Below, piece by piece: positions 36,395-46,780 of a stretch of 64,000 nt of DNA (positions are counted from its first letter, which is position 1; the number at the start of each line of letters is the position of its first letter). Source of the DNA: a virus; IMG/VR virus record IMGVR_UViG_3300013093_000020, one strand, 5' to 3'. The notes under the pieces are model-generated. The model was not told where the DNA came from and made no database searches. It saw only the letters and a program-made list of their open reading frames with translations. A program made the position numbers and the translations under genes.

Positions 36395-39300
36395 TTAAGC
36401 CGTTCCGGTAGCCGCCGCAGCACCTAGTGCTTTGATCGCGCCAGTGTTCTCTAAACGGATTGGAATGTAGATGAATTCTGCGGCTTTAACCGGTTCAATG
36501 GCAACATCCAAATATAACTCACTAGCGTCAATGACTGCTGGTGGATTGTTGGTTGTGTCACAAACTGTGATAAAGTCATATAATGCTCGTTGACTTACTA
36601 ATTCAAGCAATAGTGTATCAGCATGGCCTTTTAGCTCATTGCGAGTAATAGTATCGTTTGGTTCAAACACATATGGTTTAGCCAATGTAGCAAACAAACG
36701 ACGTAGATATATTACTAAACGAGCAACATTAATACGATCTAATGCACTAGCAACTAACTGTCTAGTGTACTGTCCGTATGCAACTAGGCCAACACCTGCA
36801 AGGTATGTAATTGGATTTACATGAACTGATGCTAGTGTATCGCGTTGTCCAGTATTTAGAGATACTGCTTGGAATTCTCCAGTAGCATCAACATATCCTG
36901 CCGATGTTGCATTAGTGATAATGCCACGACGTGTTCCTGCTGGTGCATACCATGGATAGCTAACTTGATCGCTCAGTGCTATTGTGCGTAGCATCATGTG
37001 ACTTGGTGGAACAACGATGTTATTGCCTAGGTTATCTGTAGCATAACCCCATGGATAGTACACACCTAAATTAGAACTTGTTGTTAGCAATCCTTTTTCG
37101 CCGTCTGATGCTGCATTAGCCGCATTACTACCCCATGCATATAATGATGTTGCATCTGGTGTTAGTCTTGCAGGAGCATCTGCTACTACAAAACAATCCT
37201 GTCCGCGATCAGTTGATAAACTAACTAGATCTGGGATAAGTTCAGTGTATCCAGGTGCGGCAAGTAGATTAATGGTCAATGATTCTTCGTCTCTCATTGC
37301 TTGACTGCTTTCTATTAGAGCTTTCATGGCAGTAACAACAATTTGTCGTTGTGAATGACGACCAAACGAACCAGAACCATCTGCTTGATTAGCTGATGCT
37401 GTAACCCAACGATCGCTGAAATAATTAGTCATTAATTCTTGATTGTTGTAATTAGGATTACGGCTATTTGGATTAATATAATTTCTTACATATTTTTTAA
37501 CATTAAAACTAGAACGGCGTGTATTCCATAACAACATACCTTTTGGATATAGTGTTGGACTTGGGCAATCAAAATCAACAAAGTTACTTATCAACAAGGC
37601 TTGTATAGTATCTGGAGTGCCAGTTGCATTTGCACCAGTTACAGTCCAGCGAGCATCTGCAAAAATTATACCATTTGGTGATGTGTGATCTGCATTATTA
37701 ACAGCTACCCAAACTTTACTTAGATAATTCCACTTGTATAGCTTAGGGAAATGTTCTAAGTCGCTGCTGTCAATCCACAAATCACCATTTTGTAATTGAG
37801 AACCATTGCTCTGTGTAGTTGGTTGAGTAGCACTGATAATAGGTCCATTAGCATCTGTTCTTTGTGATGCATTGCTATTGTAATATGGACTAGTTGAGGT
37901 CAAATATCCAACCCACTTAGTTCCGTCGTTGATCATAATATCAACATCGGTAGTAGAACTATCATACCATAAAGTATTTGTTGCTGGAACTGTTGTTGGT
38001 GCAGTTTCACTAGGAGTAGCTAAACCACTTCCGGCAACTTGGTATTGCCATAGTGTTGCAACAAAGCGTCCTGTTGTACCGCTATAGGCATTATAAAAGT
38101 TTGTTGCTGTGCCTGGAACAAATAACTTAGTAATTGGTGTATTTGTACCGTCGATGAAATAAATTTCACCACCTTGCATGTGTGTTAGTGTAATGCTATT
38201 GTTAGAATTAACTTGCACACTTATATTTGTGCCAACTGGTAGTTGGGCACTTATAGCTGCAGCTAATGTGTTAGCGTCGGCACTTGTTCCTGCGGCAGTA
38301 AACGATACAGTTGTTGAGTTAACAAGATTGCTATTACCAGCAGCTGATTCGCTGATAGTAAATGTATTAGTGCCAGAAGTTAGTGTGCTAGATCCAATTA
38401 TAGAACTAGTTGTGATAGTTGGACCAGCCGTCAATCTTTCAAAAATTGTAAAATCTGCTATAGCAGGGCTGGCATCAAATGTATTATATTTCACATAGAT
38501 AGCACCTGCAGCAAGATTGATACCGCCACCTGTTGGATCTAAAGCTGCTAAAGCACTTTGATTATTAGCATATAAATTTGTTACTAGCGTGGTCCATTGG
38601 CTAGTAGAAGCTGAATATTTATTGACAAAATAATTAGCACCGGCATTGGGGCTAGTTGTCTTAACCCAAATACTACCTGTTGGAGCCCCACCTACAGTTG
38701 ATGAAAGGGTCGCTGCATCGTAAACAGGTACACTAGTATGTGGACTGATCGTCAATTCTGGAGCTATATATGTACCTGCTGTAACACCCATAGTAGATAA
38801 TGGAGTTCCATTACTATTAGCTAATGCAACGCTAACGCCAGTTGAATAAATTTGTAAGAAGCCACCTACAACAGCTGCTGAAATACCAGCCGTGGTTAAT
38901 GTTGAATTACCATTAATTGCTGTAGCTAAAGTAGTTAAAGACAGCCCTGTAGTTACTGCTGTCGAATTAACTGTAATAACATCAGTATTTAAAAATGTAA
39001 CACTACCTGATGCGATAGTGCTAGTAACTGTTGGCCAACTAGCAGCCCAAGCAGGAGTTCCTACTTCAACCCAAGTTCCAGCTGCAGTATTTGTCGCTGG
39101 TTTTTTATACCATAATGTATTAGCACTTGTTACAGATACTATTGCATAATCACCGATGGCACCATAACTTGTTACTGGTGCATACTTGTTCGACACCAAC
39201 ACAGTGTATGCTGAATTTGTAATAACTTTTAAATTGTTAGCAGTTTGTTGATTGTAAAATGATTGTCCACCTGACAGTGCTGATCCAGCCTGCCATTGGA

Positions 39301-39739
39301 ATACACCCCATTGTGTGTTGGCAGTATTAAGCCATAATGTACCATCTGCAGGAGGGCCTGCTGGAGATGTGCCACTTGGTGCCAATGCATCTAAATCAAT
39401 GTCTGCACGAACAACATACGCACGATTGCTTACACCTAACAAACTGTATGCTGCTTGCAGTCCGTATTCATTAATTTCGCTAGCATGAATAGGATTATTT
39501 TCTGCGTCAACTTGGAACATGGGTGTTCCAAATGTATCTGATAAATCTTTTTGGCTAGTTAGTAGGTAAACTTTGCCTGCGTTTGATTTCAGTGTGCCCG
39601 GTGCGATCGTGCCCGCAGCATTGGTTTTATCTTGTGCTGAAGCAACAACAACTAGAGGTACTGTTCCAGGTGCTCCTGGTACATAAAAACTTTCATCTAT
39701 AACTGTTACGCTTACACCTGGTGAATTTAATGTGGCCAT
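36395..39739 (-). CDS. gp18: Contractile tail sheath protein (T4 gp18-like) with a large central insertion
   Basis: SPGVSVTVIDES N-terminus; YYPW, VPPS, PWYAPAGTRRG, NPI, LDRINVARL, FEPND, PVKAAEFIYI; TATAAATA at 39771-39778. Confidence 0.95.
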   Translation of the reverse strand: MATLNSPGVSVTVIDESFYVPGAPGTVPLVVVASAQDKTNAAGTIAPGTLKSNAGKVYLLTSQKDLSDTFGTPMFQVDAENNPIHASEINEYGLQAAYSLLGVSNRAYVVRADIDLDALAPSGTSPAGPPADGTLWLNTANTQWGVFQWQAGSALSGGQSFYNQQTANNLKVITNSAYTVLVSNKYAPVTSYGAIGDYAIVSVTSANTLWYKKPATNTAAGTWVEVGTPAWAASWPTVTSTIASGSVTFLNTDVITVNSTAVTTGLSLTTLATAINGNSTLTTAGISAAVVGGFLQIYSTGVSVALANSNGTPLSTMGVTAGTYIAPELTISPHTSVPVYDAATLSSTVGGAPTGSIWVKTTSPNAGANYFVNKYSASTSQWTTLVTNLYANNQSALAALDPTGGGINLAAGAIYVKYNTFDASPAIADFTIFERLTAGPTITTSSIIGSSTLTSGTNTFTISESAAGNSNLVNSTTVSFTAAGTSADANTLAAAISAQLPVGTNISVQVNSNNSITLTHMQGGEIYFIDGTNTPITKLFVPGTATNFYNAYSGTTGRFVATLWQYQVAGSGLATPSETAPTTVPATNTLWYDSSTTDVDIMINDGTKWVGYLTSTSPYYNSNASQRTDANGPIISATQPTTQSNGSQLQNGDLWIDSSDLEHFPKLYKWNYLSKVWVAVNNADHTSPNGIIFADARWTVTGANATGTPDTIQALLISNFVDFDCPSPTLYPKGMLLWNTRRSSFNVKKYVRNYINPNSRNPNYNNQELMTNYFSDRWVTASANQADGSGSFGRHSQRQIVVTAMKALIESSQAMRDEESLTINLLAAPGYTELIPDLVSLSTDRGQDCFVVADAPARLTPDATSLYAWGSNAANAASDGEKGLLTTSSNLGVYYPWGYATDNLGNNIVVPPSHMMLRTIALSDQVSYPWYAPAGTRRGIITNATSAGYVDATGEFQAVSLNTGQRDTLASVHVNPITYLAGVGLVAYGQYTRQLVASALDRINVARLVIYLRRLFATLAKPYVFEPNDTITRNELKGHADTLLLELVSQRALYDFITVCDTTNNPPAVIDASELYLDVAIEPVKAAEFIYIPIRLENTGAIKALGAAAATGTA

Positions 39740-39850
39740 TACATAGTCTCCATGATTACTATTCTATTTGTATTTATAGTATTCTGGATATTATCGCCCG
39801 ATTAGAGGCCACAAAAAGGGCAAGAAAAGGTGCGGTTTAGTAAATAATCA

Positions 39851-40186
39851 ATGCGTCCATTGTGTATTTGCGGCCAAAGACCTGCCGCTATAAATTATTA
39901 TAAAAACGGAAAGGCCTATTATAGAAGGCTCTGTGAGGCATGCCTCCAAGGCGGAGTATATGCTGGAATACCGCGCTGGCAAAGAGCCGGGTATCAAATT
40001 AAAGCAACCTGTGATAAATGCGGTTTCAAATCTCCTCACAAGGAAGTATTTAATGTTTTCCATGTTGATGGAGATCTGAATAATTGCAAATTGCCAAATT
40101 TAAAAACTGTATGTGCTAACTGTGCTCGAGTCCTTCATAAAGAGGGAGTTCGGTGGCGTCAAGGGGACCTTGTCCCTGATCTATAA
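39851..40186 (+). CDS. HNH/Zn-finger endonuclease-like protein
   Basis: CxC..CxxC, CDKCGF, HVDGDLNN...NLKTVCANC; TAAATA 4 nt before the ATG. Confidence 0.8.
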   Translation: MRPLCICGQRPAAINYYKNGKAYYRRLCEACLQGGVYAGIPRWQRAGYQIKATCDKCGFKSPHKEVFNVFHVDGDLNNCKLPNLKTVCANCARVLHKEGVRWRQGDLVPDL

Positions 40187-40805
40187 TTGTCAGAACTTGC
40201 TTGTATAACTCGTCTATAGTTCCGTTATTTTCTAAAACATAGTCAAATTTAGTGCCAACCCAAGCAGTTTCACTAGCGTGGATATTTAATTTTGACATAC
40301 GACTTTTAGCAAGGGCATAGTTCATACAGCGATCGCCAGCGTTCATGTCGGCAGCATCTCGATACCATTCTGGCTCAGGTCCTCGTTTTACACGGATTAC
40401 GATACCGCCCGCTTCTTTGATACTTTTAATTTCATTGGGGAAACGGCAATCGCTGATCACAATGTCATCTTTTGAGTTGCGTAGTTTGTTCTCCAACGAA
40501 GCAATCCACATATCATCGTGGAATCCGTTACGACATACTTCTGTGCCCCAATGTTGTAGTACCCAGCGAGGGGTAAGATTGGGCATATCTAAACGCTGTG
40601 CCCACCATGTATCTACTTGTTCTCGCCATTCACGGGCTTGTTTTGTGCGGCCTTCCAACATGGTTCTATCCCAACCAAATACTGCTGACACAGCATCTTT
40701 AAGGCTATTGGCAAAACTTTCTCGTCTGTAACCATGGAAATTTGTGAGATAGTCAGCAATGGTATCTTTGCCGCTACTAATAAAACCGCATACACCTATA
40801 ATCAT
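40116..40805 (-). CDS. gp1: Deoxynucleoside monophosphate kinase (T4 gp1-like)
   Basis: IIGVCGFISSGKDT, SFANSLKD, PR..LQ.WGTE, ISDCRFPNE, HASE. Confidence 0.93.
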   Translation of the reverse strand: MIIGVCGFISSGKDTIADYLTNFHGYRRESFANSLKDAVSAVFGWDRTMLEGRTKQAREWREQVDTWWAQRLDMPNLTPRWVLQHWGTEVCRNGFHDDMWIASLENKLRNSKDDIVISDCRFPNEIKSIKEAGGIVIRVKRGPEPEWYRDAADMNAGDRCMNYALAKSRMSKLNIHASETAWVGTKFDYVLENNGTIDELYKQVLTIIDQGQGPLDATELPLYEGLEHS

Positions 40806-40827
40806 AGAACCCCCGTAAAGTAGTGCT

Positions 40828-40856
40828 AGTATATAACACTTTTATTACGAGGTCAA
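40828..40856 (-). promoter_or_regulatory. sigma70-type promoter for the dNMP kinase
   Basis: TTGACC-17-TATACT. Confidence 0.75.
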
Positions 40857-40863
40857 GAATTTT

Positions 40864-41634
40864 TTAGCCTTGTACCCAGGTATATGGTATGCCGCCGCTT
40901 TCCAAATTAATAATTTCTTTTTCTAATTTGTCTAGCTCAGTCTGTGCTTCTTGTTTCAGTGCTGTACCATTTAATTGGATTGGGCTCTGTGGGCCTGCAA
41001 TAGATCCAAACTTAGAACGAGCCTCGCCTAGCATTTGTTTACATGTGGCCAGTGTAAAGTCTCGGAGCCATTGTTTGGCATAGATGTCTTGTAGTAAAAC
41101 CCAGTCGGGGCGATAGTTATAGGTGCGGATTAACACTTGTTCACCGCTGGCAAACGGCCTTTGTAGGATAGTTAAGATATGAGTTTGTTGCTTCCATTTA
41201 TATTCAATATAACTACCAAACATACGACCTACAAGCTTCTGATAACCTGCAAACATATCGTATGTGGCCAGCCCGCCCATCATAGTGCCGCTCAACAAAT
41301 AGGTATTAGTGTATGCTAAGTTAAATGGTTCAAACAGCGTTCCACCTGCACCTAGGCCGGTCCTAGAACCGATGCTTCTACGGAAAACTTCACGGACTTC
41401 AATGACTTCGTCGGGTAAACGATATTCGTTTACATCTTGTATAAGTTCTAAAAACATGAAACTTTCTTCAACAGCATTAGAACTACGCTGACGATAGCGA
41501 TTAAGTGCTCGATCTAGAGCAGTTTCGTAGTGTACGGGATCTAGCTCGACTTCGACCATACCGTCGCCAAGCATGGTTTTAGTATAGTCAAATACTGCGT
41601 TTCTTTCTTTAGTAGCTGGGTTTTCATCAGACAT
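40864..41634 (-). CDS. gp13: Neck protein (T4 gp13-like)
   Basis: LGDGMVEVEL, W...(F/Y)TLA..KQ.LG..RSKF, LNG..L..EA..E. Confidence 0.88.
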   Translation of the reverse strand: MSDENPATKERNAVFDYTKTMLGDGMVEVELDPVHYETALDRALNRYRQRSSNAVEESFMFLELIQDVNEYRLPDEVIEVREVFRRSIGSRTGLGAGGTLFEPFNLAYTNTYLLSGTMMGGLATYDMFAGYQKLVGRMFGSYIEYKWKQQTHILTILQRPFASGEQVLIRTYNYRPDWVLLQDIYAKQWLRDFTLATCKQMLGEARSKFGSIAGPQSPIQLNGTALKQEAQTELDKLEKEIINLESGGIPYTWVQG

Positions 41635-41651
41635 TCTTAGCTCTCCTTGTA

Positions 41652-41671
41652 TATTTAGCTATCGATAAATA
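41652..41671. promoter_or_regulatory. Divergent late promoters for gp13 and gp14
   Basis: TAAATA on - (41652-41657) and on + (41666-41671). Confidence 0.75.
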
Positions 41672-41678
41672 TACTACT

Positions 41679-43124
41679 ATGCCAAGAATAAGCCTTTACA
41701 AACCTAACTACGGTGTCGATTACAAATATATGGATCGAACTATCTCAGAGTCGTTTACTTTGGGTGGGACCGACATGTATTATCATAAGTTGCTAGGTAC
41801 GCAAAATCCCACAACTGCTTCAGCTGATCAGCCTACTTATAGTACTCAAAGTCCCAGTAATATACAAGACTTGTTGCTGTTAGAAAATCGCGATCGTGTT
41901 TACGATACTAGCATATACAGACTCCGTGGGCACTATACTGTTCAGTCTCTTGATTGGAATTTAAGCCAATTTGGTCTACTACTAGATTCAGATCAAATTG
42001 CTATCACAGTGCATATTAATGATATCGTAGCTATTATTGGTCGCAAACCCATCAGCGGTGATGTCTTTGAGCTTCCACATTTGCGTGATGATTTTGCCTT
42101 AAACAATTTAATGTATGGCATGCCGAGATACTATGTAGTTACAGATGTCAATAATGCTAGCGAAGGTTATTCAGTCACATGGCAACCTCATTTATATAGA
42201 CTCAAGTGCAAAAAGATGACCGATAGCCAACAATTTGCACAGATACTTAATTTGCCAATGACAGATGCTAATGGTGATCCTGTACCAGGTGTTACACTTC
42301 GTGATGTCCTAAGCACACAATCGGCTGACCTAACAATTAATAATGCTGTTATAGCACAAGCTGAAACAGATGCGGCACAGAGTGGATATCAGACTCGTCA
42401 ATTTTATACACTGGCAGTAGATCCTACAACAGGTAAGCCTGTGATCAACACTGCTGATACTGAAGAATTAGATACCAGTATCGAATCAGTGAATCTTGAA
42501 ACCAATTCAGACTCCGGAGTTCCAGTTAGAACAGGATATACAGGCTACTTAGTAGGTGATGGATACCCGGCTAATGGTTATGCCTTTGGATTTGGTATAC
42601 AATTTCCAGAGCATCCTATTAAACATGATTTTTTCCTAAGGGTGGATTTTGCACCTAATAGACTATTTCAGTTCAATGGCACTGCATGGGTCGTATCAGA
42701 GGATGCTGTGCGAATGAATATGACCAATAATGATTCTCGTCAAACACAGAAGACCAGCTTCATTAATAATACTGACTATATCTATAACAGTAGTGTATTA
42801 CAAACGCTTGTCGAGCTTACAGTTGATCAACATCAAATTAATACACTCACACCGTATGAAGCCAGTTATGGTAGTGTACCATATGTAGGTTTAAAACTAG
42901 GTACTTATCAGATGAACTTTGCCACTGCTGATTATCCAGGACAATATGTTATCACGACTTATACCTACAATGGCGGAAGTTACCTTCAAATTAATTTACC
43001 AGTAGTCAACGGTCAACAAACACTCATACCTTACAATGGACAATGGACCTTAGGGCTATATACAAACAGAGAAGCCGTAAGACAAAGTCTTAGCCAGGCT
43101 CTTAGACCTAGGGCGGATCTATAA
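41679..43124 (+). CDS. gp14: Neck protein (T4 gp14-like) with a C-terminal extension
   Basis: G.D.YY, LSQFGL, GRKP.SGDVFELP, YRLKC; between gp13 and gp15. Confidence 0.75.
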   Translation: MPRISLYKPNYGVDYKYMDRTISESFTLGGTDMYYHKLLGTQNPTTASADQPTYSTQSPSNIQDLLLLENRDRVYDTSIYRLRGHYTVQSLDWNLSQFGLLLDSDQIAITVHINDIVAIIGRKPISGDVFELPHLRDDFALNNLMYGMPRYYVVTDVNNASEGYSVTWQPHLYRLKCKKMTDSQQFAQILNLPMTDANGDPVPGVTLRDVLSTQSADLTINNAVIAQAETDAAQSGYQTRQFYTLAVDPTTGKPVINTADTEELDTSIESVNLETNSDSGVPVRTGYTGYLVGDGYPANGYAFGFGIQFPEHPIKHDFFLRVDFAPNRLFQFNGTAWVVSEDAVRMNMTNNDSRQTQKTSFINNTDYIYNSSVLQTLVELTVDQHQINTLTPYEASYGSVPYVGLKLGTYQMNFATADYPGQYVITTYTYNGGSYLQINLPVVNGQQTLIPYNGQWTLGLYTNREAVRQSLSQALRPRADL

Positions 43125-44620
43125 TGCAATGGTTTTATGACGGTCAGATACGCAGATATCTTACACAAACAATTAGAGTTCTAAGTAACTTTGTAGTCAA
43201 ATACAGTGACGGTACACTTGTACAAGTCCCAGTGATCTACGGAGATCAAGACCGACAAGTCGGTGCAATTATTAATCAAAACAGTGCATCTGCTTTGCAA
43301 AGTGTGCCTAAAATGGCTGTGTACATTTCCGGTTTAGAACTTGATAATACTAGGCTAGCCGATGCTACTTATATCAATAAGTTACATCTAAGAGAAAGAG
43401 ACATTGATCTAACGAGTAATGCCTATACACAAGGGCAAGGTCGTAACTATACCATTGAACGGGTAATGCCTACCCCGTTTAAATTAACCATGAAGGTTGA
43501 TATATGGGCATCCAGCACAGATCAAAAATTACAAATACTCGAGCAAGTGCTTGTGCTGTTTAATCCTGCACTTGAGATACAAACTACAGACAACTATATT
43601 GACTGGACTAGTCTTAGTGTTTTAAATGTTTCGCAAATAAATTGGTCCAGCAAGCAAGTTCCAGTGGGTACAGATACCCCTATTGACATAGCCACCATTA
43701 CTCTTATTGCACCGATATGGTTAAGCCCGCCTGTTAAAGTTAAACATCTTGGTGTTATCACTCGTATTATTACCAGCATCTACGCTAATCAAGAAACTGA
43801 TAATAATAATTATATTGAGGGATTAGGTCAGCCGTTAGCAGGTCCTACAACATCATTTAAGGATTTATTAGACAGGAAAATAACCACCATTACCGATTAT
43901 AACATACAAGTCTATAATGGCCAAGCTGTGCTTTTAGATAAAACTAATGCAGATGTTCCTCACGAACCTACACTAGATATTCCCGTAGCTAGTGGACCAT
44001 TGCATAATTGGGTAGAATTATTTGAACAGTATCCGGGACAATATATCGCCGGGGTAAGTAAGATTTATCTTTATCAACCAAATGGAACGCAGGTGGTCGG
44101 TACTATAGCAACTAATCCCTTAGACGGCACGCTATTGACTATTAACTATGACATGAATACTATTCCTAGTAATACGCTGATAGATAGTTCAGGTCGATTC
44201 GGTACAGATCCTAATTATGATCAAGGTACCAATTATAGAACTAATAGTCCAGGAACATTTGATGCAATCATAGATCCTTATAAAACTTTCCCAGGCGACG
44301 GTATAACTAACCTACAAGCTGGAGATAGATTTTTAATTATAGAAGATATAGGGCATGCTGATGGACGAACTTATATCGACAACGCAGGCCATACACAAGC
44401 AGGAGTAGCAGCCTGGGGCTCCTTAAATGCTCATGCTAATGATGTTATAGAATGGGATGGAACTCAATGGAATGTAGTATTTAATAGTGGCCAAGAAAAT
44501 TCCACCATAGTTTATCAAACGAATATATATACTGGAGTACAGTATGTCTGGAATGGCACACAGTGGGCCAAATCGTTTGAAGGCGACTATAGGGCAGGAA
44601 ATTGGAGAATAGAACTATAA
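43124..44620 (+). CDS. gp15: Tail sheath stabiliser/terminator (T4 gp15-like) with a C-terminal extension
   Basis: FYDGQIRRY, VPVIYG, P.M, MPTPFKL, QKLQILEQVLVLFNP. Confidence 0.88.
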   Translation: MQWFYDGQIRRYLTQTIRVLSNFVVKYSDGTLVQVPVIYGDQDRQVGAIINQNSASALQSVPKMAVYISGLELDNTRLADATYINKLHLRERDIDLTSNAYTQGQGRNYTIERVMPTPFKLTMKVDIWASSTDQKLQILEQVLVLFNPALEIQTTDNYIDWTSLSVLNVSQINWSSKQVPVGTDTPIDIATITLIAPIWLSPPVKVKHLGVITRIITSIYANQETDNNNYIEGLGQPLAGPTTSFKDLLDRKITTITDYNIQVYNGQAVLLDKTNADVPHEPTLDIPVASGPLHNWVELFEQYPGQYIAGVSKIYLYQPNGTQVVGTIATNPLDGTLLTINYDMNTIPSNTLIDSSGRFGTDPNYDQGTNYRTNSPGTFDAIIDPYKTFPGDGITNLQAGDRFLIIEDIGHADGRTYIDNAGHTQAGVAAWGSLNAHANDVIEWDGTQWNVVFNSGQENSTIVYQTNIYTGVQYVWNGTQWAKSFEGDYRAGNWRIEL

Positions 44621-45051
44621 CTGATCGTATTGTTTGTAGCGGAGCTTTGTTCTACGCCAAAAATACACGACGGTTTTTACTACTACAAAAAGCTCGAGGG
44701 AAGCATCAGGGAACTTGGGGATTAGTAGGCGGTACTAATATTGAAGGAGAAACAGCATGGCAGGGTCTCCAGCGTGAAATTAAAGAAGAAATTGGTAGTG
44801 TTCCAAAAATAATTAAAACAATACCTTTGGAAACATTTGTCAGTAATGATAAAGTTTTTAATTTTCACACATACTTGTGTGTCATATCAGACGAGTTTGT
44901 ACCTATACTAAGTAGTGAACATATGGCATGGGCATGGGCAACATTAGATTTTGCTCCTAAGCCAATACATCAAGGCCTGCGAAATAGTTTTACTAACAAA
45001 ACTATTAAAACCAAACTTCAAACAGTATTCGATCTAGTTGAACTTATTTAA
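44602..45051 (+). CDS. NUDIX hydrolase
   Basis: WGLVGG...GETAWQGLQREIKEEIG Nudix box. Confidence 0.92.
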   Translation: MENRTITDRIVCSGALFYAKNTRRFLLLQKARGKHQGTWGLVGGTNIEGETAWQGLQREIKEEIGSVPKIIKTIPLETFVSNDKVFNFHTYLCVISDEFVPILSSEHMAWAWATLDFAPKPIHQGLRNSFTNKTIKTKLQTVFDLVELI

Positions 45052-45625
45052 AGGCTGGACCGGTAATCCATGCTACTAAGCTATAGCGAATCCCCTTTGT
45101 AACTGGTTGAACTCCGTGTAGCAAGTAGCTTGGAAAAGCTATTAATTTTCCTTGCTCTTTAGGGAGAATTTCTGGTATGGAACTAGTTTGTAAAATTAGT
45201 TCACCGCCTTCGTAATCATCCGGAGAGGATAGTTGCAAGGTCATTGATAACTTTCTAATACTTTGGTCAATTGATTTATCTAAATGTAAATCATATTTCC
45301 CCCCAGGTGCTGTATATTTTGTAAATTGTAAACCTTCTGCAAACCCAAAAAGATCAAACTTAAAAAAATTATCGTTAAGCCCGTTAGCAACATCAGTTAG
45401 CCTTTCAAAAACCCACTGTGCATCTGGTGGGAACAGCCAAGATATTTCGCTATCTCTAACGGTTTGATCTTCTCCCCTAACTATTCCAGAATTAAAGTTT
45501 TTAGAATTCCCTAATTCAATAATTTTTGCGCATTCGTCGGGACTAAACACATTATTCCAATAAGCCCAATTTTGCACATGTTCTGGCTTAAGTGCCCATG
45601 TTGTTAAAAGTCTGTCTTTGCTCAT
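45044..45625 (-). CDS. 2OG-Fe(II) oxygenase (PKHD/prolyl-hydroxylase-like)
   Basis: HLD, RKLS, YEGGEL, FPSYLLHGVQPVTKGIRYSLVAW. Confidence 0.92.
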   Translation of the reverse strand: MSKDRLLTTWALKPEHVQNWAYWNNVFSPDECAKIIELGNSKNFNSGIVRGEDQTVRDSEISWLFPPDAQWVFERLTDVANGLNDNFFKFDLFGFAEGLQFTKYTAPGGKYDLHLDKSIDQSIRKLSMTLQLSSPDDYEGGELILQTSSIPEILPKEQGKLIAFPSYLLHGVQPVTKGIRYSLVAWITGPAFK

Positions 45626-46230
45626 ATGCCTATCCTTGGATATACTGTAATATCAAATGCTATTGATTGCCGTATCCCTGTAAATTCTTGCGGCGGAACA
45701 CTATGCATCAAATATGAAGGGAATAATATTAAAGTTCCTTCCTTAACAGGAATCCACCATGTTGAAGAATTACTTGTATTATATGTTTTTATATTTTTAA
45801 ATTTTTGTCTAAAACCATAGTCTGCAGGATTGTGAAAAATAATTTTTCCAGATTCTCCGGGACAATTTATATAATAAGTTCCGCTGTATGAATATCCATA
45901 ATGGGAATGTGGAGTTAAGTTCCCGCTAGATTCTTGTTCATTTAACCATATGTTTGGAATGTCAACTTCGTAACAATCATCAAGTCCGTTAGCTTGCATG
46001 AACTCAATGGTTGTTTTTTTTATAAAATTTATTAAAGGTCCAGTCCCATCAAAATTTAAAAAATTCCACCCTATATTTGCGTGGCCTGGGGAATACTCTT
46101 TTAATGTAGTTCTAAATCCGTTTTCTTCGTAATCATATTTGGGACAAGAATCAAATAGAGATTTACCGTATTCAATAAATTCAGTGTTAATGCAAGTATA
46201 GATAGGTATAGGAAATAACTGATGTATCAT
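45622..46230 (-). CDS. Putative 2OG-Fe(II) oxygenase (TIGR02466-like)
   Basis: WLN, PHSH..SGTYY, LFPSYLMHSV, RQSIAFD. Confidence 0.88.
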   Translation of the reverse strand: MIHQLFPIPIYTCINTEFIEYGKSLFDSCPKYDYEENGFRTTLKEYSPGHANIGWNFLNFDGTGPLINFIKKTTIEFMQANGLDDCYEVDIPNIWLNEQESSGNLTPHSHYGYSYSGTYYINCPGESGKIIFHNPADYGFRQKFKNIKTYNTSNSSTWWIPVKEGTLILFPSYLMHSVPPQEFTGIRQSIAFDITVYPRIGI

Positions 46231-46778
46231 CTTATATTAGGTCCAGTTAACCATATAGAAATTGATGAACGAGTGCCTTTAGTGACGGGAGTAACGCGAT
46301 GAGGAATCCATCCTGGAAATATTAACAGGGTTCCTGCGTTGTCCAATTGATGTATATGTCGAGGTCCGCCACTTAGAAAAAGTTCAAATTTGCCGCCTTC
46401 GTAAGGTTCAGTTGAAGTGTTTAATATTACAGTTAATTTTGTATCATATATTTCATTTATATGACCGTCATAATGCCAATCATATTCGCCTTGGTTTTCT
46501 TCATGATACTGATTAAAATTTACACATGCCATTTCTCGCATAGTATACATATCAAAACCAAAATATTGTTCATTTATTAGTCTAGCATATTCTTCTAGTT
46601 TGCCAAGATATTTTTTAGCATCCTTCCAATGAGCTAATCGTACATTAGCAGTTTTAGTTGCACCTTCTGCAGGATTATGAAATAATTCACACTCTGCATG
46701 GTCTCTTATTAAATTATCATTTAATTCTTTACATTGTTCTACAGTAAACATAGAAGCGTGCCAATATTGATATTTCAT
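46227..46778 (-). CDS. 2OG-Fe(II) oxygenase (PKHD/prolyl-hydroxylase-like)
   Basis: WHYD, YEGGKF, FPGWIPHRVTPVTKGTRSSI. Confidence 0.9.
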   Translation of the reverse strand: MKYQYWHASMFTVEQCKELNDNLIRDHAECELFHNPAEGATKTANVRLAHWKDAKKYLGKLEEYARLINEQYFGFDMYTMREMACVNFNQYHEENQGEYDWHYDGHINEIYDTKLTVILNTSTEPYEGGKFELFLSGGPRHIHQLDNAGTLLIFPGWIPHRVTPVTKGTRSSISIWLTGPNIR

Positions 46779-46780
46779 AG

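Noticed and set aside
39851-40186. HNH gene as a mobile homing element
   Set aside because: Very short, free-standing with its own late-type promoter and no intron context; mobility is unsupported
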